DNA from: Phoronis australis | Lineage: Eukaryota > Animalia > Phoronida | Direction of reading: 5' to 3' | DNA length: 64,000 bases | Assembly: GCA_002633005.1 (NCBI GenBank) | Contig: NMRA01000127.1 | Coordinates: 380,438 to 444,437, forward strand | Part shown: positions 11,392-24,462 of the stretch, in pieces | Position numbering within the stretch: the first letter of the stretch is position 1 | How the letters are laid out: each line of letters begins with the position of its first letter | Notes under the pieces: generated by a model | What the model saw: the letters and a program-made list of their open reading frames with translations, nothing else | The model's database searches: none | What the model was told of the DNA's origin: nothing | Made by a program: the position numbers and the translations under genes

Positions 11392-12137
11392 TTGAAGGAC
11401 GAATAGAGTAATGCAACTGAGAAAAACTTGTAAAGAATCAGATCACAACAAATAACATGTGAACCGAGTCCAATGGCACGAAAACAAGCTTGCAAATGTG
11501 CCTGACGAATGTTTATGGCATTGCGAGATTGGTGTCGCTGTGTAATCTGAGACGGCCCTATTACATAACAGCTACAACCAGGCATAGTAGGAGTAGGTCT
11601 AGCAGCTTAAATCCAGGGTACTACAGTCCTGATATCAATCTAGTCCATTGTTAAGGGTTCCAGTGCTCTTTTGTCCAAAATGTACTCATGGGTCAATTAC
11701 CTACCATGGTTCAAAGAGTTACTAAAACCAGACATCAAGTAACACCAGACCCTTCCATTTTACCTAATGTTTACATTTCTTCTAGTAAAAATGATCCTAA
11801 TTTATTTTTTTCCAAGGAATTCAATTTCAGAAACCAAGTGGTTAAAAAAATCACTAGTTCTAGTTCACGGTATATCAATTTATTTTAGCCAGTGTTTTGT
11901 TGCTGTGAAACAATGGCTGAAGGAGCATATTGCTTCTTTCCATACAATAGGCCCTTAGACCTGATTCTATGATGAACAGGTCCCTTGTCAACAGCAGGAC
12001 TTGTACAAATCTACTGACAAAGTACAAAGTGCCACGAATCACTCTGAGTGTAATTGTTTCACAGTTTTATTGTAAAATTGGAATTCTGATTCCGATACTA
12101 TATGGTATAATGCCATACTCATCTTCGTTTTTTAATA

Positions 12138-12768
12138 CTCTGTTTACACTATGGCTCCGGATATACTTTTAGTCGATTTATCCCGACTCTAGTCGTACTT
12201 CTTCGCGTCTACACTACATAGGTGATTTATCCTGACAGATTCAAATCACCTCGTTTTCCCGTTTACATAACTAAAACCAGGACAGTTTAGATACTACACT
12301 GTCTGCTGGAGGAGTCGTCTGCATGAGCACTTACATTTTTCATGTCAAGAACTTCCTTAGTAATTGGTTTGTATTGGTGGCATTCAGTTATAATAAGTTT
12401 TTGTTCTTCCGGAAATCCCATGATGACAATTGCCGGTTCGGTTTTATTTTGCCATAAGTGTGTTGAAGAATGCCAAACGTGGTCATACCTCTGCCCATAA
12501 AAGTGATGTTCACACTACCAACAAGTTACTTCTGGAGCAAGTTGTCAATAGGTTTATTACTGAACGCTATTTGCGCTGGGTCAACTTGATAGGCGACAAC
12601 TTATCAAGGTAGGGTGACTTGCTCTGGGGTAACTTGCTTATCGGAAGCCGCAGTGTGGAAGCAAACCTGCAGACAAGGGGGAACTAATTACTGGCCTCGC
12701 ACTTGCTCAGTTACTTACTGTATGCACCGCACTTGCCACGGTGTTGGATGTGCAGTGTGGACGCAGGC
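12138..12768. mobile_element. Degenerate PIF/Harbinger-like non-autonomous element(s)
   Basis: CTCTGTTTACACTA at the left and CAGTGTGGACGCAGG at the right. (T/C)ACACT recurs in the left half and AGTGTGGA in the right half. TSD not resolved. Confidence 0.4.
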
Positions 12769-15619
12769 TGACTGTGGCCAAGATGCTCTAGGGGTATTTC
12801 GTTATGTGGACATGACTCTAGATAAAGCATACCAACTTGTACATGTCAAGCATAAAGCTGCGCCATCTCTATTCTAACGCATATACCTCTGTTTTGTTTG
12901 CAAAATCCTTTAATAGTGATGAATAAAATTACACCACTTTACCTGTCCACGTGTATGCATGTGACACACAAAGGTAGATAATGATAAATTATTAGATCAA
13001 AACACACAAAAACAAACCGATGGACAAAGGTAAAAGAACAAACAACAGAGTGACTGTCAAATCAGATTCAAACAAAGTTTCTAATCTACTATTAGCTGAC
13101 TGCGTGCTGTAGTGACTTGACAAACTGTTGATGAACAATAAACTTGGATCTAGCAGTGTAATATATCATGAACTAGACGAAATTCGATACTTCCATATGT
13201 CAATGAATTTATTACTATTTTCAGTCAGATTCCCAGAACTGTAAATCATTAAGTTAGTTCCTTAACACTGAGGTATGGTAAAATCTCGAATTTAGGGTAC
13301 AATATGACCGACTAGTATTGTCCGAAATTGGTTAGATTTTTCGGTGAATGAGAACAAAACTAAGCTATTTTGGATGTTTTGTGGACACAGAGAGAAAACA
13401 GTGGATTTGTTGTGGTTGATGGGTTTATTCGGGAAGGAAAGGAAACGTGTTACTACAGAAGCACGATCTGTACATGTTTGTTGCATAAGTAAAATTATGT
13501 TGAAGCTTGTTGAAACTGAAGAAGAGCTCAACACAATACTGATAGTTAGTAGTTTCTTTTTCTCTAGGGATGGATGAGAATTATATACATCAGTGGTATC
13601 TCTGGGATGTCTGAGTTAAGTTTGTGGAGTATTGCTAAATAATTACGGAGACAACTCAGATTTTGTCTCTGGAGTTTTGTTCGCTAACAACGCGTTGGAA
13701 TCGAAATATCGCGCCAGTTCCCTCAATACATACGTACACACGCGCGCGAGGCTCACACTCCGTTAATTAAACGTCTCATCTTTCATGCTGTTACACTCAT
13801 TTGATAGAAAAGACTCGTTGTCTCATAATTGCAGATTCAGGTTGACTGATCTGTTAGTTATTCCTCTGGGATAATATCTCACTTGTAAACTCCACTAATG
13901 TTAGTGTGGTGAAATCTGACAAGTTTACAACACAATATAGCTGACAGCGGAAATTTTCTCATTTTTTTATATCAAATGCATATGATAAAATTTAAAGCTT
14001 TACCATGTTTAAGTTTTGTATGATATCTACCACCACACACAAAAGTTTGAAAACTGAGTAGTCACGACAACGTAAGAGTACTTTTGAAAACTGAGAAAAA
14101 AGCAATTCTTATCTGAAATTGGTGATATTTTACTCTATGTGACAACAAAGTTGTATTAGAAAAACAAATTGGGGGTATGGTTCCGAAACGTACCGAGCTT
14201 GGTAGTGTCTATAAGTTGTGTTATAACATACTGAAGCAGCCATCTTTATAATGAGTTTATTTGATGTTTCTCTCGCAAAAATAATTATTCTCATACTGAA
14301 AATACAGTTTTGTTTTCGTGGTAAATTTTCACTTATTTAGCACATAATATGGCTGGAAAATAAAATTCTATTTTGTTAATTGTCTCCACAAAAATAAAAG
14401 AATATTTGCTAAATTCCCTGTTACTTACAGAAAGGTAGTCAGCCATTGCAAAGTGTAAAATGTCACTTTGGAAGTTATTTTTGTTAGAAATAGTGGAGAA
14501 TGGCCGTGCTGTGTGAACATTTTCAAGTTGAGGAAATTCATACAGAGAATCTGACCCATTCAATTTGTCATTCATTTCCCACTTGTATGCAATTACCTAC
14601 TCTGAAGTACACAGAAGACTCAGTTAACCATAACAGAATAAAAGGGACAAAAGAATTTTGTTAAACATTGTTTTGCCAAATTATGGAGCGTTTTGATTCT
14701 AATTGATTGCAGGAAGACAGCCAATTGGCTATCGGGCTTTCTATCACCTGCAGCATTTAATGTTAATTTAACTAATGGGTAATTTTCTCCTGCAGTTTTG
14801 ATTATGCTGCTTTACTGCCAGCCGAAAAAGTACTGACAGAAATAAACATGTTTGCAGTTGTGAACTTTCATCCTTTTCTGAGACTTTGCAATTACAGCTG
14901 TGGACGTCAATTTTACAGTCTTTGATAAATATGCACCATATTTCCTGTCATCTTTTAAACTTGACTTGTTCTGGGTTATGGTGGTCTCAGATTTAATTGA
15001 AATGGAAAGAAGCCGTGTCCGCCAACTAACCATGCATATACCTTTGTTTGTTCTACTGGCCAATAGGCGGCACCCTTAGTGGCAGTATCTTCATAGCTTG
15101 AAGGGTGTGCTACTGTTACTGGTGATGACATCTTGTGCATGGCTCTAACCTGCCGAAGGGTACGTCACATGAAAAGTGACTTATAACAGAATTTTGGTCT
15201 CACGATTGATCTTAAGCCAAATAGTTATGAGTGCATCACAGGCTAGCAATAATTTGTAGAAATTGTGTCATTAACTAGCAGTTATACGTATATTCTCAGA
15301 AACTCCGCATTTTACTGCAGTGGACTTAAATTATTTTTCAGAAATAGTGTTGTATAAGAACAATGTCTTTAAGTCACTTTTCATAAAACGCACCCAGTTG
15401 TTGAAAGTAAGATGGAAACATTGAATACGCTGGTGTTTCAGCCACACTTGACTGTTATAAACGTATACCCTGGGTAGAAAGTCATCGTTTCTCGTTTGCC
15501 ACATGAGTGTGACTTTCTTACCAAAAGAATTTTCTCATGACGTGTATTAGTTCTAGGGCATGACATTTCTATTGCTCAAATTGCATTTTTGCTAAGTTTT
15601 AGTAAATTTACTGTTACAT

Positions 15620-16190
15620 AGTTTTGTAGTATACACACTGTTTTGTAGTGTGCTGATTGTTTTTTAGTATGTTTTATAATGTACACACCATTTTAAAGTA
15701 TACACACTGTGTTGTAGTATGCTGGGTGTTTTAAAGTATACACACTGTGTTGTAGTATGCTGACTGTTTTAAAGTATACACACTGTGTTGTAGTATGCTG
15801 ACTGTTTTAAAGTATACACACTGTTTTGTAGTAGACACACTTTTTTGAAGTATACACGCCGTTTTGAATTAAACACACAGTGTTGTAGTATACACACCGT
15901 TTTGTTGTTTACACACTGTGTTGTGCTTTAAAGTATACTGTGTTGTGTTTTACAGTATACACACACCGTTTTGTAGTACACTGTTTTGTAGTATGCACAC
16001 TGTTTTGTAAAATACACACTTTTTTGTTTTATAGAATACACACAGTGGTGTAGTATACACATCCTTTTGTAGAATACTCATTGTTTTGTAGTATACTGAC
16101 TGTTTTAAAGTACCGGTATAGTCACTGTTTCGTAGTATACACACCGTTGTGTAGTATTCACTATTCACACAGTTTTGTAGTGTACATGCT
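15620..16190. repeat. 19-bp minisatellite (GTAGTATACACACTGTTTT-like) with an internal 38-bp higher-order dimer
   Basis: TTTTAAAGTATACACACTGT recurs at 15691, 15729, 15767 and 15805 (period 38). Flanking monomers are diverged. Confidence 0.9.
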
Positions 16191-17179
16191 GTTATGATCT
16201 GCTGTAACATTTGCGTTCTTACTTCTTGCATCTTCGTAGAAATAAAGTTGCGACTATTAATCAAGTTGTAATTGAATTGTGATGCTCGCGCAACCAACTT
16301 TGATTATGCTATGTCAAGACTTTTTTTAATTCAATGCTTAGTTCCAATTTTTCACCATAGGTGTCTTACATAAAAAGTTGCGACTGTATCTTTTGAAGAG
16401 TTGTATCTTATGATATTTAACAATTTTATTGCTAAAATTGGTATGAGTGGAAAGTTAACTACTTTTCTGTCAGAAAAAAATGACGTCACTAGACAAACAA
16501 GAATCGAATTGAAAATAACCTAATTCCTCCTAAAAAGAATCGAATCTAATTAACTTCCTAAAAATGTGCATTTTCCCACCAGCACCCCTCCGTAAAAAGT
16601 GTGTGTACAACAATCATGCCATGCACACAATCTTTGAAAGAGTAGAAAGACATGTGTTGGTAAGCGGGTTTTTTTAGTTTTGTCTTAGTTTCAAAAAATG
16701 ACGGAAGGAAGAAGAGTTCAAATTAGGATTGGAGGTGTGTCACCTCAGAAAAATTCAAACACAATACCTGACCAGTCAGATAAAATGGTTACCCCAAAAC
16801 AATACTAACATTACCTATCAAGTTTCCCGTCCAATACAATATCGTATTTCCATATTGCCCGCTTGATACAATACCACAAAGCCAAATAACAATCTGGTTG
16901 TAAAACTGCATTAAGCTACGTAAATTACCCACCAGTCACTTTAACTGATAGGGCGAAATCCCCTCCCGAGCTGATGGCTTTTTTCAACAACTCCTACTAT
17001 GACAGAGCTTCGCCTTGGTTTTATGTGAAAGTATGTAATTTCACTAAAGATTTGTGCACACGTTCAAGGTATGTTCTTTATTCTCTGTGCAGGTGTGCAT
17101 AGGTTTTTGTATTTCATGTCTAGTTCTGTCAGGTGTGTCATGCTTCTATAACCTTTTGTTTGTTGTTATATTTTTTACG

Positions 17180-17239
17180 CAGTTCATGCTCTGACAGACT
17201 ACAGGTAACAGTTCATGCTCTGTTAGACTACAGGTAACA
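17180..17239 (+). repeat. 29-bp direct duplication overlapping a candidate micro-exon
   Basis: CAGTTCATGCTCTG(AC/TT)AGACTACAGGTAA occurs twice, preceded by TATTTTTTACG. Confidence 0.85.
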
Positions 17240-19269
17240 TTATGAGTGCACGTGTCCTGAATTGTCACCTTAGGAATGGGTGTGTTCTGAATTACAGACA
17301 CATGATTTCAGCAATATAAAATCGTTTTATTGTGTCTACCAATTCTCATATATGTTGACAGTTGAGGTCACAAAAGAAGTAAAAAATAACACGTTTTTAA
17401 CAGAAAGTGAGTGTCTGCACAATATATCAAATAAATGGACATCAATAATAATTGATGTAACAGTAGACAACTCTTTATATGCTTTGACTAGATAATATTC
17501 TCATGTAGAGGAATTTTGCATTCATCAATTTCCCTCATTGTTTACTTGATGTGCATTCCAGGTAAATTACTTTATATCTTGTGTGCGATTCATTCAAAAT
17601 GAATTCCGAAAAGTTGATTCAAACTAGCCTGTTTTTCAAAATACGGTAACAGTCTACCAGACTCCAGCCAGAAAATCTCTTTGGCTTTGCCCGGAGTTTA
17701 GATATTTTTTCACATTGGCTCAAATGACACTTGAACCAACGAGGGTCGTTTAGCCACTAGTCTGTTTTCATCTTTGCTGGCTACTTGCCAAAGTTTTTCA
17801 CCTAGAGTTTTCATTGTCTGTTAAAAACATCAGTCCTTTGCCTCAAAGTCATTAATATGAGAAAACATAACACCCTCAGCAGTTGACAGACTCACATATG
17901 TGTACATGGTCAGTGCAGGTGTTCATATGAACTGGTGATCAACAGTTTACCCTAAGTAATGGTTTACTTTAGAAGAATATTTGGCATTTCTCACCTGAGA
18001 GTGGGTGGCTAGTTTTTGGAAATATTACATTTTAAGGGTTATTGATGGCTATAACCAAATGACCAGCGAAGATGATAGTTGTATTTTAACCATTGTAAGC
18101 CTTAATTAATGCAGAATTCTCACCTGCAGTTTCAGGTGTATAATGCCAGTTTGAGATTGTCCTATTGTTATTTGTTTTATATTAAACTCAGGTGTTCATG
18201 TACAGTCACTCCTGCTGCATGGTAACATGTTCAGTCTTTTTGTTGAGGTTTGCGGTGTCATTTTAAATCAAATGAGCATGCTCTATACTGTGTTTATATC
18301 GTAATATCTGACAATGTTTCCAAATTGCAAAATAATTGTTTTTATGTTATTTGTAAAAAGCATGTTTGTTTACTTTTCCATTGCATTTGCATTTGCATTT
18401 GGCTGATTAGATTTTTTTCCCTGGCAACTGAAATAAATAAATATTATCGGAGACATTGTGTGATTGTAACTCTTTCATTCCAACTGCAGGTTTTCTTTGA
18501 ATACCGTTGTCAACATCTCGCGGTGAGACGAACAGGAATCGGTTAGGTGTTTGCCGCGTAATCACCAGGTGGCACTGCAAACACCCAACAGATTCCTCAG
18601 CATGTACTGATTACCTAATATATGTTTTATTAACATTAACCTCCCTGTACTAGGTTTTCATAGCCTGTAGGTGTTAGATAACCTATGTCATAAGACCAAG
18701 TAGTGTAATTATGTAAGATTTCTGCAGAAATGATAGACAAATCACCCAAATAATCACAACCAGGTGTTACCTAGAGGTTTGTGGCCAGTGATCTCTTCCA
18801 ACAACTGGAACTATTTTGCCTCTTGTCTTTACCCAAGATATGAGTCTGGTGGGGAGGGGGGAGGGGGGCTGTTATGCTGCAATAGAAGGGGTTAGTAGGG
18901 ACATGCTGCTCACCCGGGGGTATTTTGCCCTCTCAGGTATTGGGGATTTACAGTACCAATAATGTCGTCTTAATTTAAGTGGACATTTTGGCTTTATGAC
19001 ATTCTCTCTGGCAGGTATCGCCTCAGGTGGCAGATGTTGAATAGATACGGCGTGTTATTGTCATGGGTATACTGTTGCCTAAGGGTTTTTCATCACTTAG
19101 TATTTTCCCTGATCGCCTAGTATTACAAATATTCTGGCTGGATTTGAACTCTGTTAGGGTACCTCCTCTGCTTGTTATTTGAAAGAGTCTTGTCTCCTAA
19201 CTTGTGTACTTTCACCAGGTTATATGGTTATTATTTTATATGCGCTAAATCATTCCCATATGCTGCGGG

Positions 19270-20290
19270 TCATTAGCTGATACGAAACGTGGTGCCTATT
19301 AGTGGTTCATAGGTTCGAAGCCATGCTGAACAAATGTGAATAGACTTCTGTTACGAAGACGGAGATGTATTCTTTTCATCAGATGGATACGTCGATTTCT
19401 GCACCACCTAGTGGCCATTTTCATTTTTTACAAGTCTACTACTGTATCTTACAAATCGCTACGAGGATCAGTATGAAAATTGATAGGTGTGATTTTTAGA
19501 CAGATCCGCCTGCTGTGGTGCCACCTAGTGGCAATTATATTTTTGCATCCACAGCTGTATTTCCTTAACCTATTGTAGGACCTTTATAAAATTTGGCAAG
19601 TGTTATTCTTTGAATATGACAACAGACATTGAATACTTTTGTGTAGATCTGACGACCCGCGTTGACCTCTAGTGACAATGTTAGTCATTTTTATGTGTAT
19701 TTCCGTTTCTTCAGAATTCCTTGAGAGAATTTCCTGAAATTTTACAAATACAGTATCTGTCTACTGAGGAGAAGACAATGCCTTTCTATTTTGGGATGGA
19801 TTAGGCATATTCTGTGCTAGCTAGAGGCTATTTTCAATATTTTCGAATCTGTTTTTGAAGTCAGCTTCTTTTGCTGCCAAAGTGCTGAAAGGATCATAAG
19901 GAATATCGACAGATCTTTTCCTACTAACAACAGCACGACTGTCGTTGGTTCTATTGTTTTTGCATTCACTGCTGTATTTCCTAAATGCATTGTAGGATGT
20001 TTGTGAAATTTGGCGAGTTTATTGCTGTGCCTCTTAATGGCAAATCTATTTTTTTACACTAGCTTTTGAATTTTTGTAGTTCCTGGACTGGAAATTTGGC
20101 AATGAGCTTTCTATTGAGACCCTCTCATTTTTTGGATGCTTTGACATATTTTGTGTTACTGGCCATTTTTATGATACCAGTAATTATTCCTAAAAGCATA
20201 CCATTTGTGATGCAGTCGTGGACGTATTTCAATGCTTTGCATTGCTCTTTGTGCAGTGAACAAGGGGCGCATGACTCTGTGATTTCCCCT
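19270..20290. repeat. Second locus of family B (~140-bp units with CTCF-like motif), with internal deletions
   Basis: CCACCTAGTGGC at ~19404 and ~19521, with decayed versions at ~19664, ~19817 and ~20029. GAAATTTGGC-like motifs at ~19587, 20005 and 20091. Homologous to 1340-1890. Outer boundaries approximate. Confidence 0.65.
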
Positions 20291-20399
20291 GTCACTATAC
20301 CAGTGTTTGGAAGATATGGTATGCTACGGGTTGACAACCGTCCTCCATCACGAAAGGGCATGATCAATAACGGCGTTCTTTTATCACAAATATGATTCT

Positions 20400-20750
20400 T
20401 TTCTTACAAGCTGCCGTTCTTTTTTCATGCGGTTCATTCTGTTTGTAGGAACACAATTTTTTTCTTGTTAAGGTTTTGTTAATTCACAATGAAATGTCAA
20501 AGATGCTGTTACAGTTTTCTGGTCATTTCATTTTAGTTTTATGCAACATTTCACTTTTTACAATGAAAATTAGAAAAGTCCAATTTTTGATAGCACTCTC
20601 ATGCAAAGTGGAAATTCCTAGCGGATGTTGGTTGCCGGTATATTCATCAAAGTGCGTGAAACTTTCCTGTGAAGCCTATCAGTCATTTCTGAAAAAAATG
20701 TTCCAAAATGAGGCAAACTGGACATTTTTCTGCGGTTCTACATAATCTCA
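20400..20750 (+). mobile_element. Diverged partial family A MITE
   Basis: AAAAGTCCAATTTTTGATAGCACTCTCATGCAAAGTGGAA...TATCAGTCATTTCTGA...TGTTCCAAAA...GGTTCTACATAATC matches the family A core. Confidence 0.6.
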
Positions 20751-20864
20751 ACCGCACATGTTCCCAGTGCCTTGCATAGTTTTGTTTGGCACATTGTGCC
20801 ATGCAGGTGCTTCATAGTGTCAACATGCCTCTTGTCAGTCATGAGACAAAATGGGCTTATGGTA

Positions 20865-21518
20865 GGACATATAGGACCCTAGAAAAGTGTCCCAATTTGG
20901 CCAACTTCAGAACATCATATTTCAGAAATGAGTGATCGGATTCGTAGTGAAATTAGTTCTTTAAAACTCTTGTCAGAAAATGTTTTTCGAATGTTCGACT
21001 TTTGCATGAGGGGAAATAAAAATTCTGAAGTTGCATGAAACAAAAACAAAATAATATTTTAGAAAACTAGCAGCTTTTTTGAGATCCGTTGCCGAGTAGG
21101 GGGTAAAACTTGGGGACCACGTTGTTGATGCCTTTGTATTCGCTATAAGTGTACGTCGGTATATTCAACAAAGTTCAATTAAAAGCCGTGGTCAGTTACC
21201 CACTTGATGACAGACTGGTAAAAAGACAAAACTATTATAATTTTACGTGCTTACTACTGTTAGAAAGTATGTACCTTAACTGAGCTAAAGGCTATGGATT
21301 TGAAGATCTTTGGCTAAATAGCAGACATGTCAATAAGGTCTTTGAAGATATTTGGCTAAATAGCAGACATGTCAATAAGGTCTTTGAAGATCTTTGGCTA
21401 AATAGCAGACATGTCAATAAGGTCTTTGAAGATCTTTGGCTAAATAGCAGACATGTCAATAAGGTCTTTGAAGATCTTTGGCTAAATAGCAGACATGTCA
21501 ATAAGGTCTCACATAACC
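20865..21518 (-). mobile_element. Family A MITE in reverse orientation with an amplified subterminal segment
   Basis: The left part is the reverse complement of the family A core (CAATTTGGCCAACTTCAGAACATCATATTTCAGAAATGAGTGATCGGATTC). The right end is GTCTCACATAACC then TTAA (21519-21522). Confidence 0.75.
21299..21508. repeat. 42-bp tandem repeat, 5 copies
   Basis: TTTGAAGATCTTTGGCTAAATAGCAGACATGTCAATAAGGTC five times head-to-tail, one substitution in copy 2, no spacers. Confidence 0.97.
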
Positions 21519-24400
21519 TTAATTAGAATGGAGAAATGAACTACAGAAAATTGTATATTAACTCCGGTTGAGATGTTGGATTGTGAATCAAATGATCCTG
21601 TCTTGATTATCTAGGCCGGAATTGGATTGTCCGTGATTGGCTGACACCTTGTGTATCTAACCATTTTTCATATGCGGAACTACTTCAAATTAATATTCAT
21701 CTAACAAAATTGAGACATTCCATCAGAAATTAAGTGTATCCAGTCACTCACAGCACTCTATTGCTGACTTATTTCTAATCATAGAGCTTGAGTTCTGCGC
21801 AGATATCTACGTTCACCGATTCACACCATTTGTGACACGCGGCCAAGACGAGCATTTTAAGGTTTAGTGGGTGGAGCTTAGCAAATAAAAGTTGCGTAGC
21901 ATTCTCTGGTTGCAATTTGTTTGAAGGGCTTGTACCTTTGAAAAAAACAACTGGGCGAACCGAACCCACCAGCGTGCTCATCTCCTGTCTGTGTTGAAGT
22001 CTTTGATCATCTGTGTCTGGTAACAAGTTGTGCAGTGTAGTTGTCAAAAACTAAATACACCACTGCTTGGGAGTATCCATCAAATGCCAGAGCAGAAGAA
22101 TATTTGATAAAATATCTATGCTAGCTCGATTTGGCCTCTCAGAAAAATAATCATTTGCTGTCGGTTACTCTGGTGAAATCTGAGCTTTGTAAACTTGGTA
22201 AGGATGCTGCTGCAAGCTCATTACAAGCTTAACACAGGCGAATGATATAGCAAATTACACAAATAGGGTACCCAAAAAGTATGCACACCAATAATGAAAG
22301 TTCCCTATGTTATCTGAGACTCAAGTCCAGAATGATCGTTAATGTAATCACCTCTCCCCCCTTGCCACGAGCTTTTGATGAACAGTAACAACTACTTTAA
22401 TATTTGAAGTAAGACTTTCAATCTTTTAAAGGTGTGTGTGAGTAATTTATACAAATCCTAAAACTGTGTGTAGATTATTTTTATTCCGTGGGTATAGGGT
22501 ATAGAAGCTCTAAATGCGTTCTTACCGAAAGTGATGTCATGCACCATGATTAGTTTGAGCGCCACCTCCAGTTCTTATAAGGCACTAAATGAGGCTCCTT
22601 ATGATGATGACCTGAATGAAATTACAGCACTTAATAAATGCCTGGAGTAAAATATGAAATGCCTTGCTAATGTTGACCAAAAATACAGTATTTAACACGC
22701 CTAACTGACATTTGGCCTGCTATTCCCCGTCTTTAAAGTGTGCTGTGTTCAAATCCTGTCAAGACATGAAAAAAATTCCTTGGCATATATGAATGCTTGA
22801 AGTGGAACATGTCATGTTAAGTGATGACTTCTCATCGATTTGCTGGATGCAGTCATTAATTGTTGAGTGGGAACAATGACTTTTTATTCCTGTTTAAGCC
22901 GTAAGAGATGTACAAGATATGTTCATATAAATTCAAGTGGATATTATTGTCCTAGTCTTGCCACTCTGACACGCATCCTTGAACATGGGCGTAATTTGAT
23001 CACTGGCAAATTCAATGAAAGTAAGGTTTTTCCTTGAACAAGCTCTTGTTCATGGAAATAAAAAAGGTGGAGTTGTCACATGTATACAATGATATGTACT
23101 TGAAATTTTGTACTGATACTACTGGTAGATTGATAAACAAAATATGAAAAATCCCACATACGTTGTTTAAGGTTATGAGAGCTTTAAAGTGTCTTGCCCT
23201 TGACCCAAATTCTAATTGTGTTGCAGAGTAGCAGTCAATGACGAATTTCAGATTCTCTCATGGACATTTTGACATATTTTTGTGGGAATCGTTTAATTAT
23301 CCTGATGCACAACTGGCAACTTGGCGGCACGATGGTTGTAGAGAATTAATAAAAAAAAACGTTGGGAATTATCTCTGTAATAAATCTCCCCAGATCGCTT
23401 TCCACATATCGCCATCTAGTGACGAGGTTTATATCTTAATGTCATTGTAATATCGGAAAATGGTTATTGCCTGTACTCCAATATGCGGATGCATCTTAAA
23501 TGCATAGCAGTTTCAATGAAAGTGAATTATTTCAGGAAAGAGAAAATTTCTTAGAAATCAGTAATTGATTGAGTTAATCGACTTGTGTAACGATTTTTTA
23601 TTGGTGTAGTAATGTTTACTGGATGGAAACAATTTCACACACTATTGAACATCTGTGCAGTTTGATTTACAGGCGCTAGTATTATTTCAGAAAATAAGCT
23701 CTTTTCACAGTAAAAAGGTACGGCATATATGATTAATGGAGTAAGTATTCTGAAAATTTCACAGACATGTCAGGGCCCACAATTCCACGATCTTGGTGCC
23801 AATGATTGGGGTCCATGCCCCTATGAAAAATATTGAAAATTAACGCGGAATTCCCTTCATCAAGCCAAAAAATTACCTTTCAATGATTGAAAATTTTATT
23901 CAAGGTTAGAAAAAAATCTTAGTTTTGCCTGCTAGAGGCATTGGCGATGAGGTGTGGTCTAGGGGTTGGTAGGGTTTAGAATTTCCCCCTTTACCACAAG
24001 ATTCTCAGAAAACAAAGGCATCTTTTCCATCAGGTTAGCAAGGATCCTGTATATTTCATCTTTGTCACTGGTAGTTTGATAGTGTTATCACAATGGAAAT
24101 AATTTCGTTGACTCCTGATTAAAAATAATGCATTGTTGTAGCTTTTTGGTAAATGTCAAGAAAAAGTTCTTTTCGTTGAAATGGATAAATGATTGAAGTA
24201 GTTCACTCGTTTGATGATGTAAACAATAGATATTTTGTCACGTTTGTAAATTACCACTGCGTTAATGTAATTGATTTTTTAAAAAAATGAATGCTTTCAT
24301 GGAAACCACTGAGGGTAAATGAATTTCATGGAAAATCTGTCATCATCTTCCATTTCTACTATTTTTGCCATGTCGGTCACTGAAAATTACCAAAATAATA

Positions 24401-24406
24401 TGTGTG

Positions 24407-24462
<56 letters not shown>
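24401..24462. repeat. (TG)n microsatellite
   Basis: Read directly; two CG interruptions. Confidence 0.98.

Noticed and set aside
15950-16297. 115-aa ORF with repeated VCIL/VYY motifs
   Set aside because: It is a translation of the 19-bp minisatellite.
18490-18541. Candidate exon after CTCTTTCATTCCAACTGCAG
   Set aside because: The donor is ambiguous (GTGAGA at 18523 or GTTAGG at 18542), so it is too weak to call without RNA data.
19290-19325. tRNA or SINE B-box-like GGTTCGAAGCC
   Set aside because: There is no cloverleaf and no properly spaced A-box.
21292-21508. CRISPR array or repeat protein (ORF with TCLLFSQRSSKTLL repeats)
   Set aside because: The units abut with no unique spacers, there are no cas genes, and the context is eukaryotic. 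The ORF exists only because 42 is a multiple of 3.
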